A stretch of 34,145 nt of DNA from Conidiobolus incongruus B7586 (Eukaryota). The translations under genes were made by a program, and so were the position numbers. The notes beneath the pieces were generated by a model. That model saw nothing but the letters and a program-made list of their open reading frames with translations, was not told the DNA's origin and made no database searches. The stretch is from assembly GCA_000697335.1 (NCBI GenBank), contig JNEM01006649.1:1-34145 (forward strand), written 5' to 3'. Each line of letters starts with the position of its first letter. Positions within the stretch are counted from its first letter, which is position 1. Below, one piece after another: positions 1 to 12,479 of this stretch.

Positions 1-899
1 TTATAAAATTAAAATTATTTATAGCATATATATAAATATATAATAGATTTTAATATCTATTTAATTATAATCATAGATCATTGATTAATTATTAATTTAA
101 CGACTAAATCATATAAAAAATATTAAAATTGAATTTAATCATTGTTCAAGTCTGAAAATATAATTAATTTTATGTTATATAAATCAAAATATATAGGTCA
201 GATTTTATTTTTTATCATTATATTTTCAGAGTTATAAAAAATAATTTATATTATATAAAAAGATATACTTTATATTAAAAACTTTTAATTTTTAATTATA
301 CGTAATTCAAATAATAATAAAAAATATAGATATATTAAGTTTAATTCCAAAAAAAAATTGTGAAAAATATCAACTATATTTTCATTTTAAAAAGTCGTAG
401 AATATTGGTATAAAGCTAAGTAACTCTTTATGTTAAATCTAACTATAGATATAGGATATAATTGAATAGTTTATTAAGAACATATTAATATTCATCATTA
501 ATTTTTAAATATAATTAATATAATAAAGTCAAATTAGATTATTTTATAGAATAAAATAAAAATCCACAAAAAATATATAAAGTAAATATAAAATTAATAA
601 AAGTATTATATTAAAATATATAATTCATATTAAATTACAATTTAAATAGTTATAAAAAATACTTTCCCATATATTATATTGATAAAATTATTTATATTTA
701 AAGATTTCATAATATATATCAAAAATCAAAATAATATAAAATATCGATATATTTTGGAAAAATTATTCTTGATTAAAAATTACTAGATATATTTGAATAT
801 TGTAAAATCTTTTAATAAAGAAAAATTAATACAAATATATATAGATCAGGTTTTAGTTTATCATACTTAAAAATAATATATATACTGATATAGCTTCGA

Positions 900-1180
900 T
901 TAATAATTTATATTTATTATTTTAAAAAGTTTAATAATTCTTAGATTATGATATCAATTATAAATTACTTTTATAAAGTTTTCTTATAATATATTATATG
1001 ATAATAAATTACTTAATTGATAATTATAAAATTCATTAATTAGATACAATTATCAGACTAATTTATTATAGCTTTAAAAGAGATTAATATTTAAATATCA
1101 AAAATTATATATATATTTATAATGATTTTTGAATAAAACAAACTAGGTTTATAGATTTTTATTCAAATTTTAATAGTTAA
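900..1180 (+). mobile_element. Possible highly degraded non-LTR retrotransposon (LINE) reverse transcriptase remnant
   Basis: Broken translations 'DY..SIINYFYKVF' (~944-983) and 'FIDFYSNFNS' (~1148-1177) occur in the order and rough spacing of the LINE RT motifs NYRPISL.N..YK and FIDF.KAFDSV. The sequence is extremely AT-rich, so chance resemblance is possible. Confidence 0.25.
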
Positions 1181-1291
1181 TAGATATATATATTGATATT
1201 TGATATATTAATATTTAAAATAAAATAAACTCAAATTGCTAGCAATATATATTAATAAGTTTAATTATTAAATGAAATTTAAAAGATATTA

Positions 1292-2606
1292 TTAGTAAGG
1301 AAATTATAAAATGGCAAATTTTTTAATTTCTGATCTTTAAAACATATTATATATTTTGAAAGACTATTTTTAAATAAAATATATAGGAAAATAAATATTT
1401 TCAATCTATATATATATATATTTTATTTTAATTAATTTTTTTATTCAAATTTTTTGATATTAAAATTTATATTTAAATATAATTATATTTAAACTAAATA
1501 ATGATTATAAAAAGACTTTTATTTTTATATCTTTAAAACTTAATTATAAACCCTTTAAAATCATTTAAAACTTGTAAATAACTTATAAAGATAGTATTTT
1601 ATCTAAAATTACTATATATCACTTTATTTGTGATTTTATCATTAAAAGGGATATTATGTAAAATTTACCAAAATCTAAAAAATTAATTTATATTGTTATT
1701 TTTTTATTAACTAATATAGTAAAGAAATATGTTAAAAAACACCCTTTTATTTTAGTTAAAAAACTATTAAAGTAATTTATTATTAATTATATAAACATGT
1801 TATATATACTTGAGTTTAAACTTAAATTAATAAATAAAAATATAAAATAAATATCTTATAATTTATCAAAAGCTAAAAAGGAAATTAGAGTAATTATAAC
1901 TAAACTAATCTTATTAAGATATAACAAAAAACAGAAGTATTTATAGTAAATACTTATACTTAATGAATCTTAAATTTTTCTATATAATTTTTCACTTAAA
2001 AAAACAAATAATTGGGTTAAATTAAATTAATTGTTTTTATAAATATTAATAAATAAGTATTTTAAATATAAGCAAATATTAATTATTATAATAGATTAAA
2101 TGATATATAATTTTTTTATTTAACACCTCAAGAAAAATCAATTAATAGTATATTATATATTATATTTTTAAATAAAACTATTTTTAAAATTTATTCTCAA
2201 TATAAATTAAAAATACCTATTATTATGCATAATAATTATAAAATATATAAAATTAAAAATATAAAAGAACTTTTATATAAAAAAACTAAAGAGAGTTACC
2301 ATATCTAATATATATACCTGATTATAACCCATGTGATTATTATTGTTTTAAATAATTAAAAAATCAGCTTATAGGAAAAAAATTCCTGCAAATAAATTAA
2401 ATTAGTTTGTGAAATATTAAATTTCAATATTTAATAAAAAAACTATTTTTTAGATATTAGAAGCTTACCAAAAATATAGAAAAGAGTGATTAATAATAAA
2501 GGAGGCTATTAATTTTATAATATTTATTAAATTTTATATATTGTTTATTAGTTTATTTATTTGATTTTGGTTTTATATTTATGCTATTATTTATTTTCTA
2601 TACTAA
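1292..2606 (+). mobile_element. Degenerate mariner-like DNA transposon, copy 1 (~1.3 kb; dead transposase ~1485-2512)
   Basis: Manual translation gives mariner motifs in the correct order: N-terminal HTH 'KLNYKPFKII*NL*ITYKDSILSKITIY..NLPKS', 'K*ISYNL' (RWIPHNL), 'ILILNES*I' (DESW), 'IIMHNN' (HDN), 'LPYLIYIPDYNPCDYYCF' (YSPDxxPxDY) and C-terminal 'KRVINNKGGY*'. Imperfect TIRs (TTAGTAAGGAAATTATAAAATGGCA / ...TGCTATTATTTATTTTCTATACTAA) are flanked by TA at 1290-1291 and 2607-2608. Confidence 0.85.
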
Positions 2607-4219
2607 TATTATGAATTCAATTAAATTTTTTAGAAAAATACCTTCTCAAGTAAATAATCAAACTGTTTCAACTATAGAAGAATATGATCAAATATCTTTT
2701 ATTTAGAATTAACTAATATATATGAATTACTATATATAGTGGGTATGAAAAGATAATATATAATAATAAATTGGTAATCCAATATATTTAAAAAACTTAA
2801 AATTAATCTTAATAATAATTTTTAAAAAGATATATAAATTAGAAATAAATTATTATAAAAATACAATAGGAGATATAAAAATATATTATATTTAATTTAT
2901 TAAAAACATTCATTAATATTTAAATAACCAAAATGACATTTGTTTGTTAATATATTAATAATCATTATTAATTTTTTAAAAATTTAATCCAAGGAAACAA
3001 AACATATAAAATTTAAAATTCTAAATAAGAGAAAAAAATTTAATTTCATAAATTAAATATCTTAATTGGTTTTAAAAGCTGGTATAAATATATTTCAATT
3101 ATAATTTATTACCACATGCCAAATTTATCTTTATATTTTGTTAATAGTTTCTATTATCATTCATATATTTAAGTATTTTATATTTTATAAGGAATTAATA
3201 TAGAAATTATTTATATGATAAAAATTTCTATAATAAGCCGAGTATATTGAATAATATGGAGGCATAGTTTTTGGTTGAATATGATAATAGCTATAATTCT
3301 TTTATCAGAGGATTAGGTTAAAATCATAAAAGAAATTAATATTAATAGATATCTTTTTATAAGGTTAAATATTTAGTATAAATTAAATTTAATATATTAA
3401 TATCTATTCAAAATTTTCTATAATGATAATTTAACCAAGATTAATATTGATTATTTCTTATATAAAAGTAAAAATAAGCTTTTGTGTCAGAATTAAAAAC
3501 ATCTCAATATTTATTAGTATATTTGTTATATTATACAGATATTTTTGATTATATAATATAATATTTAAGCTTTAAGAATGATATTATAATAACTTTATTT
3601 TAACAAGTGATAAACATTATATTTGAATATGATGTATATTTAGTATTTAATAATAAAAACAATATATATACAAAGTGACATGGAATAATAATATTATTAT
3701 TTAAAGTTGACTTTGTTAGGAGTATAGAGATGTTGATTATTTTTTATAGATTTAACATATAAGGTTATAGTCTGATATTGGATTCTGAATGCAAAAACTT
3801 AATTAATGTCAAATAGAAAAATTATTTGAGTTCTTGTCAATTTCAATAAATATATAATATATTAATTAATTGGTAAAGTTTTAATAATTATTAACTTAAA
3901 AATTTTAAATTTGACTAAATAAGACACTTAGGTATAAGAGTGAAATAAAAATATTTTTTATTAATTAATGAAAATTTGAATTTTATAAAATCTTATAAAG
4001 AATTAAATTATGAGAATCAATCTGTCGGAAATAATATTATAGACTTAATTTTGTAGAAGATTTTTATTTTTTGATGAGTAAATATAACATTTACTATCTT
4101 ATATTTTTATTTTGTATTCAAAAAGTGTAAAAATTGAACTAAATAAAAGATTTAAGAATCATTAAAGAATAATATTATATTGAAAATATCATATATAATA
4201 AATAAATTTGAATAAAATA

Positions 4220-7200
4220 TTATTGAACTCTATTACTTGGTCATGCATATTTTGTTCTTGAACCATACTTTAATAGATACATTGAAGTCATACCAACGTG
4301 CTATGATTGTCACATTCTACAATATTCCCATCTATGAAGACATAAATAGTGCCAGCGCGCTTAATGATCGACAAGCGATGAGCAAATGCAATGGTAATAC
4401 GTCCATCTGAGGCATTATCAAGTGCTTCTTGCACCATCTTGTCACTTTGGGCGTCTAAGGCACTGGTAGCTTCATCCAGAAGTAACAGTTTGGGATTTTT
4501 GACCAGTGCTCTGGCAATGATAATACGCTGCTTTTGGCCTCCGGACAATTGGCTCCCCATAACCCAACATTAGTGTCGTAGCCATCGGGTGATTTCGAGA
4601 TAAAGTCATGGATGTTGGCCAGTTTGCAAGCTTCGATAGTTTGGTCATGGGTGGGTACAGATCCGTCGGAACGGGCTCCCCAAGTAATGTTCTCTCGAAT
4701 AGTGAGGTTATAGAGAGAAGGCTCTTGACTCACCACTGCAATTTGATCACGAAGCTGCGTGATGGGAAGATCTTCGATGGCAATACCGTCGATGGTAACA
4801 GATCCAGATGCAATGTCGTAAAAGCGTTGTAAAATACCCAGAGTTGTACTCTTACCACACCCACTAGCTCCTACAAGTGCAATGAACTGACCTGGCTTTG
4901 CTTCCAAATCAACACTGCGGAGGACTTTGATATGAGGACGTGTGAGATAATGAAACTGAACATTATTGAACTTAATATGACTATGAATTTCAATCGACTT
5001 ATATCAGCCTCTGGTTTGAATTTGATAATAGGAATACGTTCAGTAATGTCGAAAACATGGTTAGCAGCTGATTTGACTTTGAAATCATCTTTTATCTAGG
5101 TAAATAGACGAGTACATTTAACCGACCTCATTACAGATACATTGAGCACTGTAAACATTTGTTGCAAAGTATATTCCCATGTGAGAAAGAGAATAGAACC
5201 ATAGAAGGTTAAAGCAGCAATCAAATAAATCAAGCAATAAATACTCACATAAATAGAGATAGTAATCCAAGCTTTAGGGTTGTTTACTCTAAAAGTACAA
5301 TTTAAACGGGTCATATAATTTTCTATAACCTTCTGCTCAATACTGAAAGCTGCTACAGCGAATCGCGCTGACAGCTTGGCAACCAATTCTTGAAGATTTA
5401 GTATAAGCTCTTTCGGTGTCGAATGTAAAACTAAAGTGAATCTTTTCGTAGAAATATCCAGTGATCACCAATATAAATAAGGTTGCAATCGCTACCAATT
5501 CCAATTTCCTATCATAACAAAGTTTCAACACAATACTAATCATAATATTCAATATAGTTTTGAAAATAGTACCCATGGTAGTCTCACTAATGGAATAAAT
5601 ATTTTGATCATCAGTATTTCATAGAGAAGCTAAAACATCTGTGGAATTTTCAGATCAATTAAATCATCTAATCTCATGTTTTAATACTCACGCAAAAGTC
5701 AAATAAGTGATTTGAGTGATTAACTTTTCCAAAGATTTTACTAAGCCCATCTCCCGTAAAAAGTCATCAATACCTGTTACAATACTTAGTACCATGCTTA
5801 TAATTGCATAGTATTCAGTGTTTCGTAATAGTTCCTCACCTTTCTCCTCTAAAATATCCGTCAATTTAGTGATGAACATTTCAAAATGACATGTATTAAT
5901 CCAATAATTGTGTATCCAGTTATCATTTCAAGATAGTAAATGGGTCCGGGTCTACTCAAAGCGATGAGTTTGGTTACTAACATATAAATCGATCTGGGCT
6001 TGGATGATACTTCGACTGTGGGTGCTTGCTTATGCATAGTGTGAAGGAGACTGGTATTACCAATTTCAAATTTGAGGGAAATGTGAAGGGTTAAATTTCC
6101 TGAAAGTTCAATGGGTTCAGGTTGAGATATTGAGATGGGAATATATAATCCTTTTTTTATCTAAAGGCATTTCAGTCTTAGATTGAGTCTAATTCGATTC
6201 CTAAAACTTTGAATTTGAACAAGCTTGCATAAATTTATTTCCAAATCTAATTTACTACTGATGGGTACTCTATTTAATTGATTTGCTTTCATTCCTGATC
6301 ACAATGATATCAGCATACTTGATCGTAGTAGACGATGAGCAATTACAATTGTAGTTCCGTTATTAGAGGCTCTATCCGAAGTGAACAGCACTTGGACTTC
6401 TGATCTCAAATTTATGACATTAGTGGCTTGATCTAATAGTATGGGAGGATCATTGACAATTGCTCTAGCAATTGCAATTCTTTGCTTTTGGCCACCGGAA
6501 AGCAAGAAACCACGTTCACCAACTTCAGTATAATAGCCATTAGGCAAACTTGAAATAAAATTATCAAAGTTAGTAATCTCACGAACTTCGATAATGGCTT
6601 CAATTTATACTTGAGGAGATATAGGGTCTAATTTGGTTCCGGTAATCCTAAATGCAACATTTTCGGCAATAGTACTAATGAACAAGGATGGTTTCTGACT
6701 CGTTAAACCAAGCTGACGCCCTCCGACTACTTGATATTCAAATTAGAAACATAAGTACCTTTCAACTCAATGACCAATTGTAGGATTGTAAAATCCCTCG
6801 AGTAACTGAATAATTATTAATGTTTCGGATCGGTTATTTCCTACCAATCAAACCGTGGAAAATGGACTACCAAATTAATTCCCTTCAAGACACCGGCTCT
6901 TTTCTTTGATGGATCGATCAATATCCCATCCTTGGAATTAATTCTGCCAAATATCTTATCTGAAAATAAATCATTATAGCTGCCTTTAGAATGTATATCA
7001 GGTTTTTTGTCAATAGTTTCAGACAACTGGATGCTCACTGATATAAGTAATATTATCTCTTGGAGATCTGGTCCGATTGCTGGAGATGTGCAAGCTCCTA
7101 AGGAAATTGTGTTAATGGCAATTACCATACTATTATAGGTAACCATCAGCTAGAACAAAATTTTCCTTTGTAGGAGAATCTAAATGCATAGCTAGAGAAT

Positions 7201-8040
7201 ATAAACATCGAAATAATACCAAAACCAGTGGCGTATAAAGCCGTACTTAAAGTGATATTTTTCTCCGCTTTGAAAAAAATTCTAATACTTATTCAATTTT
7301 CCTTGTTGATTGTGGATGGTAGTTGCCTTAACATGTGAAAACAATACTTCCGCAAAACTGATCGCTTGGGAGAAAATCTCTAAAGATCCATCAGTGAATT
7401 TGGTCATTAAATACTCCATAGCGAATACCATAACAGCTGTCCTTGATATGTCAACATCGAAGATTAATTAAACCTCCAATTGTGCAAGAGAGATACCACG
7501 TAACTGGGTACGCACGCAGCCATATCTTGAATAAGTAAGGACATCTTTTCGGATAAGGCTCCCTGAATTAATAAAATATCGGGCGTGATTCTAATAGCTG
7601 CTTCCCCTGCTTCTACTTCAGTACCTTACTAGTTAATATCTTGATATAATACCAATCTCAGATATAACTTCCTCAATTTTAAACTAATGCTCTCACTAAT
7701 AACTTGAAACGCAGCGGTAGTCGGGTAAGTACTGAAGAAGTAATTAGCAAGTGCACATACCATAGGGTGTAATAATGTCACGAAGCATCAAAATCATTGA
7801 GCAAATTTGCTCCATTACAATAGTCTAAGAAAGGTTGGTGGATATTACCAAAAACAAGAACAATTAGAGGTGATGATACACAAATTACAATTGCCGTTAA
7901 AGTTGCAATAAACAAACCAATAAATTCCCATTCTTGTGTTGGAGTAAGAACCTTGAAGAGGTTGTTTTCATTAGAATGCTTTTTATCATTGGTAAATAAT
8001 GAATTTTTCCATCATTATTCCTCCCCTTATCCGAGGCCAT
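4220..8040 (-). pseudogene. ABCB/MDR-type full ABC transporter pseudogene A (TMD-NBD-TMD-NBD, many frameshifts and stops)
   Basis: ORF fragments 6841-7146, 6299-6547, 5688-5879, 5337-5576, 5096-5386, 4455-4907 and 4288-4560 are collinear with the intact 1289-aa transporter. Likely ATG at 8040. NBD2 Walker A GASGCGKST and signature LSGGQKQR are retained but separated by a 1-nt deletion near 4560-4566. The 3' boundary is approximate. Confidence 0.92.
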
Positions 8041-8165
8041 CTTTTATATTTGGGAAATATCAATGTTTATATGTTAAGCGATTTTTTTAAATTACTCAAA
8101 TTATAAATATAAATCGAATACCTATGAATCTTTTGAATAGATGCTATATTATCAACATTTAATAC

Positions 8166-8190
8166 TATATAATATAATATAATATAATAT
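8166..8190. repeat. Short (ATATA)n pentanucleotide microsatellite upstream of pseudogene A
   Basis: tatataatataatataatataatat read directly. Confidence 0.7.
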
Positions 8191-10462
8191 TACATAATTC
8201 AATAGTTTCGCCAAAATCGTACATTGAAAATGAAGAGATCATATCCTTTTTATACCTTTAAATCAAGCTGTTATCGATCGTGATAATTACATTACCGAAA
8301 TTATATTCAGGTTATTATTTTTTATCTAATTGTTGTGTCTTTATAATAAGTTTTGTAAATAAAGATCATAGTTAGAAAAGTACTCAAAATATGATTTAGT
8401 AAATTATTTATTAATCCTGCTTTTTAACATATTGGGACTGTAGGTCTGAGAACTTACTGTTGAGACGTTGTAGCAGAATATCCAAAAAGAAAAAACTACC
8501 CTCTTTCTTTATCACTTTTGGGTTTAAATAGTTGCTTAAATGAATGATATGGAATTTGGATATAATCTAATAAAGAAAACAAAGTGAACAAAGAGTATCC
8601 TTCAATTATAGACTGACAAAGCCAGCTTAAAATAGAAATAATATTGGTTTAACTATCAAATTGGAATGGATGATTAATTTTAAAATACAACATAATGATG
8701 ATTACTCAACAAATTTATACTTTTTCCACTTTTAGATTTGATCCTAGATATAGAGTGAATAATTATCAATTCTTTTGTATACAATGTATAATTACTACAA
8801 TACCAAAATATTGATATTTCAATTTTTGCAAGGATTAGAAATATATTTCTAAATTATTGCTTACTATAGTGATTTTAAATATCATTCTTACTTTCCAGGA
8901 ATTTGGTAAAATTCAATCAAGTATAAATTATACTATCAATGATTTATCTAATTGACTTTTTTTTCAAATTGGCGCAATTTTTTCTATTGAACAAATATTT
9001 TGTAATCCAGATAGATTTAGTTGAATGATAAAATAAGTTTTAATAAGTACTCTACTTTAAAGATATCTTAGAATTAAAACAATATTTTTAAAACGAATAA
9101 TATAAATTTTATCTTGCATTAGTCCTATTGTCAACTAACTCTAAAATCCAACCCAATATTTCCAATTAACTTAATATATGATTGTATTCAATCTTCCCAA
9201 AGTGGATAAATATTTAATCTCCAACTATCAAGTTTTTATTCGTTATTTACATCTAATGCGTATTTCAAAAAAAATATGAATATTGAAATCCATATTAGTT
9301 CAACATTATTTTATGGCTGGTTTGCTGCTTAAAATTATTTATCAGTTATGATAAAACTGTTGCAGTTAGCAGATCCTGGAATAGAGCATTGGTGGCGTGA
9401 TGGAACATTTGAGCTATAATGAACTGAAGTTGCTGACGACCAGGGGTAAGTACTCAGCAACTTAGGCTACAGCCAGTTGCGCAAGTGCCGGTTCGAATGG
9501 TCGTTGATGGATATGACTTAATGGTAGGTTATATAGATTAGAATAAGGCGTACTCATACGTTTGTAGTTGGATTAGCTTTTATGTTTAATGTTATTAGCG
9601 TGGTACCATAGTCGCAGGTTGTAGTTTAATGATTAGGGAAGAATTATAAACCTTCCTCACGTGCTAAGGGAGTTTGAGTGTCAATTCGAGAAAATCGGGT
9701 AATATTTATAGATTGTAACAAAAAGAATAATCTTCTATAATTAATGTATTGTTTATGTTCAAAACTATATCCACTACTTAATAAGATTCACACATTGAAT
9801 TGAAAAAGGGTTTATTACAAATATAATTGGAAATGTGAAACTGAATAATTATAAATTTTCTCATAGATCAAAAATTTTAATATATGCTGTTAACAGGAAA
9901 ATTATGAATTTACTGATGTTATGATTTTATCTGATTAATCGACATTATCAAATAAAAAATCTCAATTCTATAATAGATTATATTATTATGGATAGTATGA
10001 CATTTAAAATATTATACATAATATATTTGAATAGCATTAAAAATAATTTTTATAATATTGGAATCCTCTAATAATAAAAAAATCTTTTTATTCACAAATA
10101 TTACTTACCATATCCATTTAATTATAATACTATTAAATATTAATTATTTTTGATATACATTTAAATATAATTTTAATTACATCAAAGGTGTTTTGTAAAA
10201 TGAAACTATTTCAGAAAATTGATAGACTATTAAAATATATATTTTATCATAGTATATAAAATATTTCAATCAACTAATAAATTATAATAAATATCCTAAT
10301 ATCTTAAAAAAATATATTAATAAACTTTATATTTTTAATCAAATAGATCTGAAAATATTGAAAATGATATTCAAATAAGTTTATGTTATAGATTAGAAAG
10401 TTCAATTTTTAGTTTTTTTGCTAATATAAAAATACCATTTTTTATTGAAATATTCATTGATA

Positions 10463-10494
10463 TTAGTGTAGTAATTAAGTAATGACACAATTTT
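10463..10494 (+). repeat. Terminal inverted repeat of mariner copy 2 (transposase 3' end)
   Basis: TTAGTGTAGTAATTAAGTAATGACACAATTTT, preceded by TA; pairs with 11711-11742. Confidence 0.85.
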
Positions 10495-11710
10495 AAAACT
10501 AAAATTAAATAAATAAATTAATAAATAATATATAAAAATTAATTAATAATATAAAATTAATAGCCTCTTTTATTATTAATAACTCTTTTTTATATATTTA
10601 ATAAGCTTCTAATAGCTAAAAAAACAGTTTTTTTATTAAGGACTGAAAATTGATATTTCACAAACCAATTTAATTTATTTGCAAGAATTTTCTTTCCTGT
10701 AAGCTATTTTTTTAATTATCTAAAACAATTATAATCATAAAGGTTATAATCAAGTGAATATACTAGATGTGGTAACTCCCTCCATTTTTTTATATAAAAA
10801 ATCTTTTATAGGTTTAGTTTTATGTATTTTGTAATTATCATATAAAATAATTAGTATTTTTAATTTATATTAAGAAAAAATTTAAAAATAGTTTTATTTA
10901 AAGAAATAATATATAGTTTACTATTAATTAATTTTCCTTGAGGTATTAAATAAAAAAACCATATAATATTATAATTAATTACAAAAATTAACATTCACTT
11001 ATATTTAAAATATCTATTTATTAAAATTTGTTAAGGGGATTAATTTAACTTAACCTAATATTTTATTTTATTTTATTTTTAGGTAAAAGATTATATAAAA
11101 GAATTTAAGATTTATCAATTATAAGTATTTACTATAAAAACCTTTGTTTTTAGTTATGTTTTAATAAGTTTAATTTAGCTATAGCTACTCTAGTTTCCTT
11201 TTAAACTTTTGTTAAATTATGAAATATCTATTTTATAATTTATTAATTAATTTAAGTTTAAACTTAAAAAAATATAACATGCTTATATAATTAATATTTA
11301 ATTATTTTAATAATTCTCTAGCAAAGATTAAAGAGTATTTCTTAATATATCTTTTTATTTTATTAGTAAGTAAAAAAGTAATAGTAGAAATTAATTTTTT
11401 AAATTTGGGTAAATTTTAAATAATATCCCTTTTAGCTTTAAAATCACAAATCTAGCAATATATAGTAGTTTTAAATAAAACATCATCTTTATAAGTTATT
11501 TGCAAGTTTTAAATGATTTTAGATAGTTTATGATTAAGTTTTAAAAATACAAAAATAAAAGCTTTTTGATAATCACAATCCAATTTAAATATAATTAAAT
11601 TTAAATATAAATTTTAAAATCAAAATATTTTAATAAAAAAATAATTAAAATTGAATATATATATATATAATCTATTAAAATATATAATATATTTGAAAAA
11701 TCAGAAATTA

Positions 11711-11742
11711 AAAAATTTGCCATTTCTTAATTTCTACACTAA
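11711..11742 (-). repeat. Terminal inverted repeat of mariner copy 2 (transposase 5' end)
   Basis: Reverse complement is TTAGTGTAGAAATTAAGAAATGGCAAATTTTT, followed by TA; 5 mismatches to 10463-10494. Confidence 0.85.
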
Positions 11743-12479
11743 TATCTAAAACTGATTATAAGTGAATAACAATATTATTTTTTAGTTTTCCAATGATTTG
11801 TTAATTTGTACAGATAGTTTGTTTAAAAAAACAGAAAATTTATAAGCATATATATATTTAGGTTGTAAAATTTAAATAAAAATGAAGTTTTCCTAATAAC
11901 AGATTTGAATATAATTGTTTTAATTAAGTATAATAGCTTTGAATTAAAATAATTAGCTTAAATTGATTATATCAAATTTAGTTATGTTTTAGTTGAAAAA
12001 ATTGAATTATTCAATAGATTCAAAAAATATATAAGGATAGTTTTTATTGAAATACAATATATATAGCATTATCCTATCATAAAAGATATCATTTGATAAA
12101 TAATAGCATTGTATATTGTGTTCAAGTATTTTTTCCAATATAACTTAATATAATCTATTGCTATTTAATAATTTATATAGAAATCATAAATAGAGTTATT
12201 AAATTTAGTTATAGTTTGAATTACACAATAATTTTAAATATATTATTAAGGGATATTTTATATCATAATTTGAATAAAATAATTTGAAATTTGTTTTGAA
12301 TTAAAAATCAATCAATATATATTTATATTGCTAAAATACTTATAATGGTTTTATATATCTATCATAAAATTCTTAATATTAAAAATATTATTGAAAAAAT
12401 TAAATAATAACAAAATTTTAAAGTCAAAATTAAATATAATTATTGAATATATGATATATAAAAATAAATAAACTATATA

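Larger units (their letters stand above)
10463..11742 (-). mobile_element. Degenerate mariner-like DNA transposon, copy 2 (1280 bp; dead transposase ~11592-10557)
   Basis: Reverse-complement homolog of copy 1. It translates as 'KTTIYC*ICDFKAKRDII*NLPK', 'YDNYKIH', 'WRELPHLVYSLDYNLYDYNCFR*LK'. It has 32-bp TIRs matching at 27/32 positions, with TA dinucleotides at 10461-10462 and 11743-11744. Confidence 0.9.

Noticed and set aside
9485..9505. tRNA gene suggested by GGTTCGAAT
   Set aside because: The T-stem does not close canonically (GGTTCGAATGG), and I could not build a cloverleaf.
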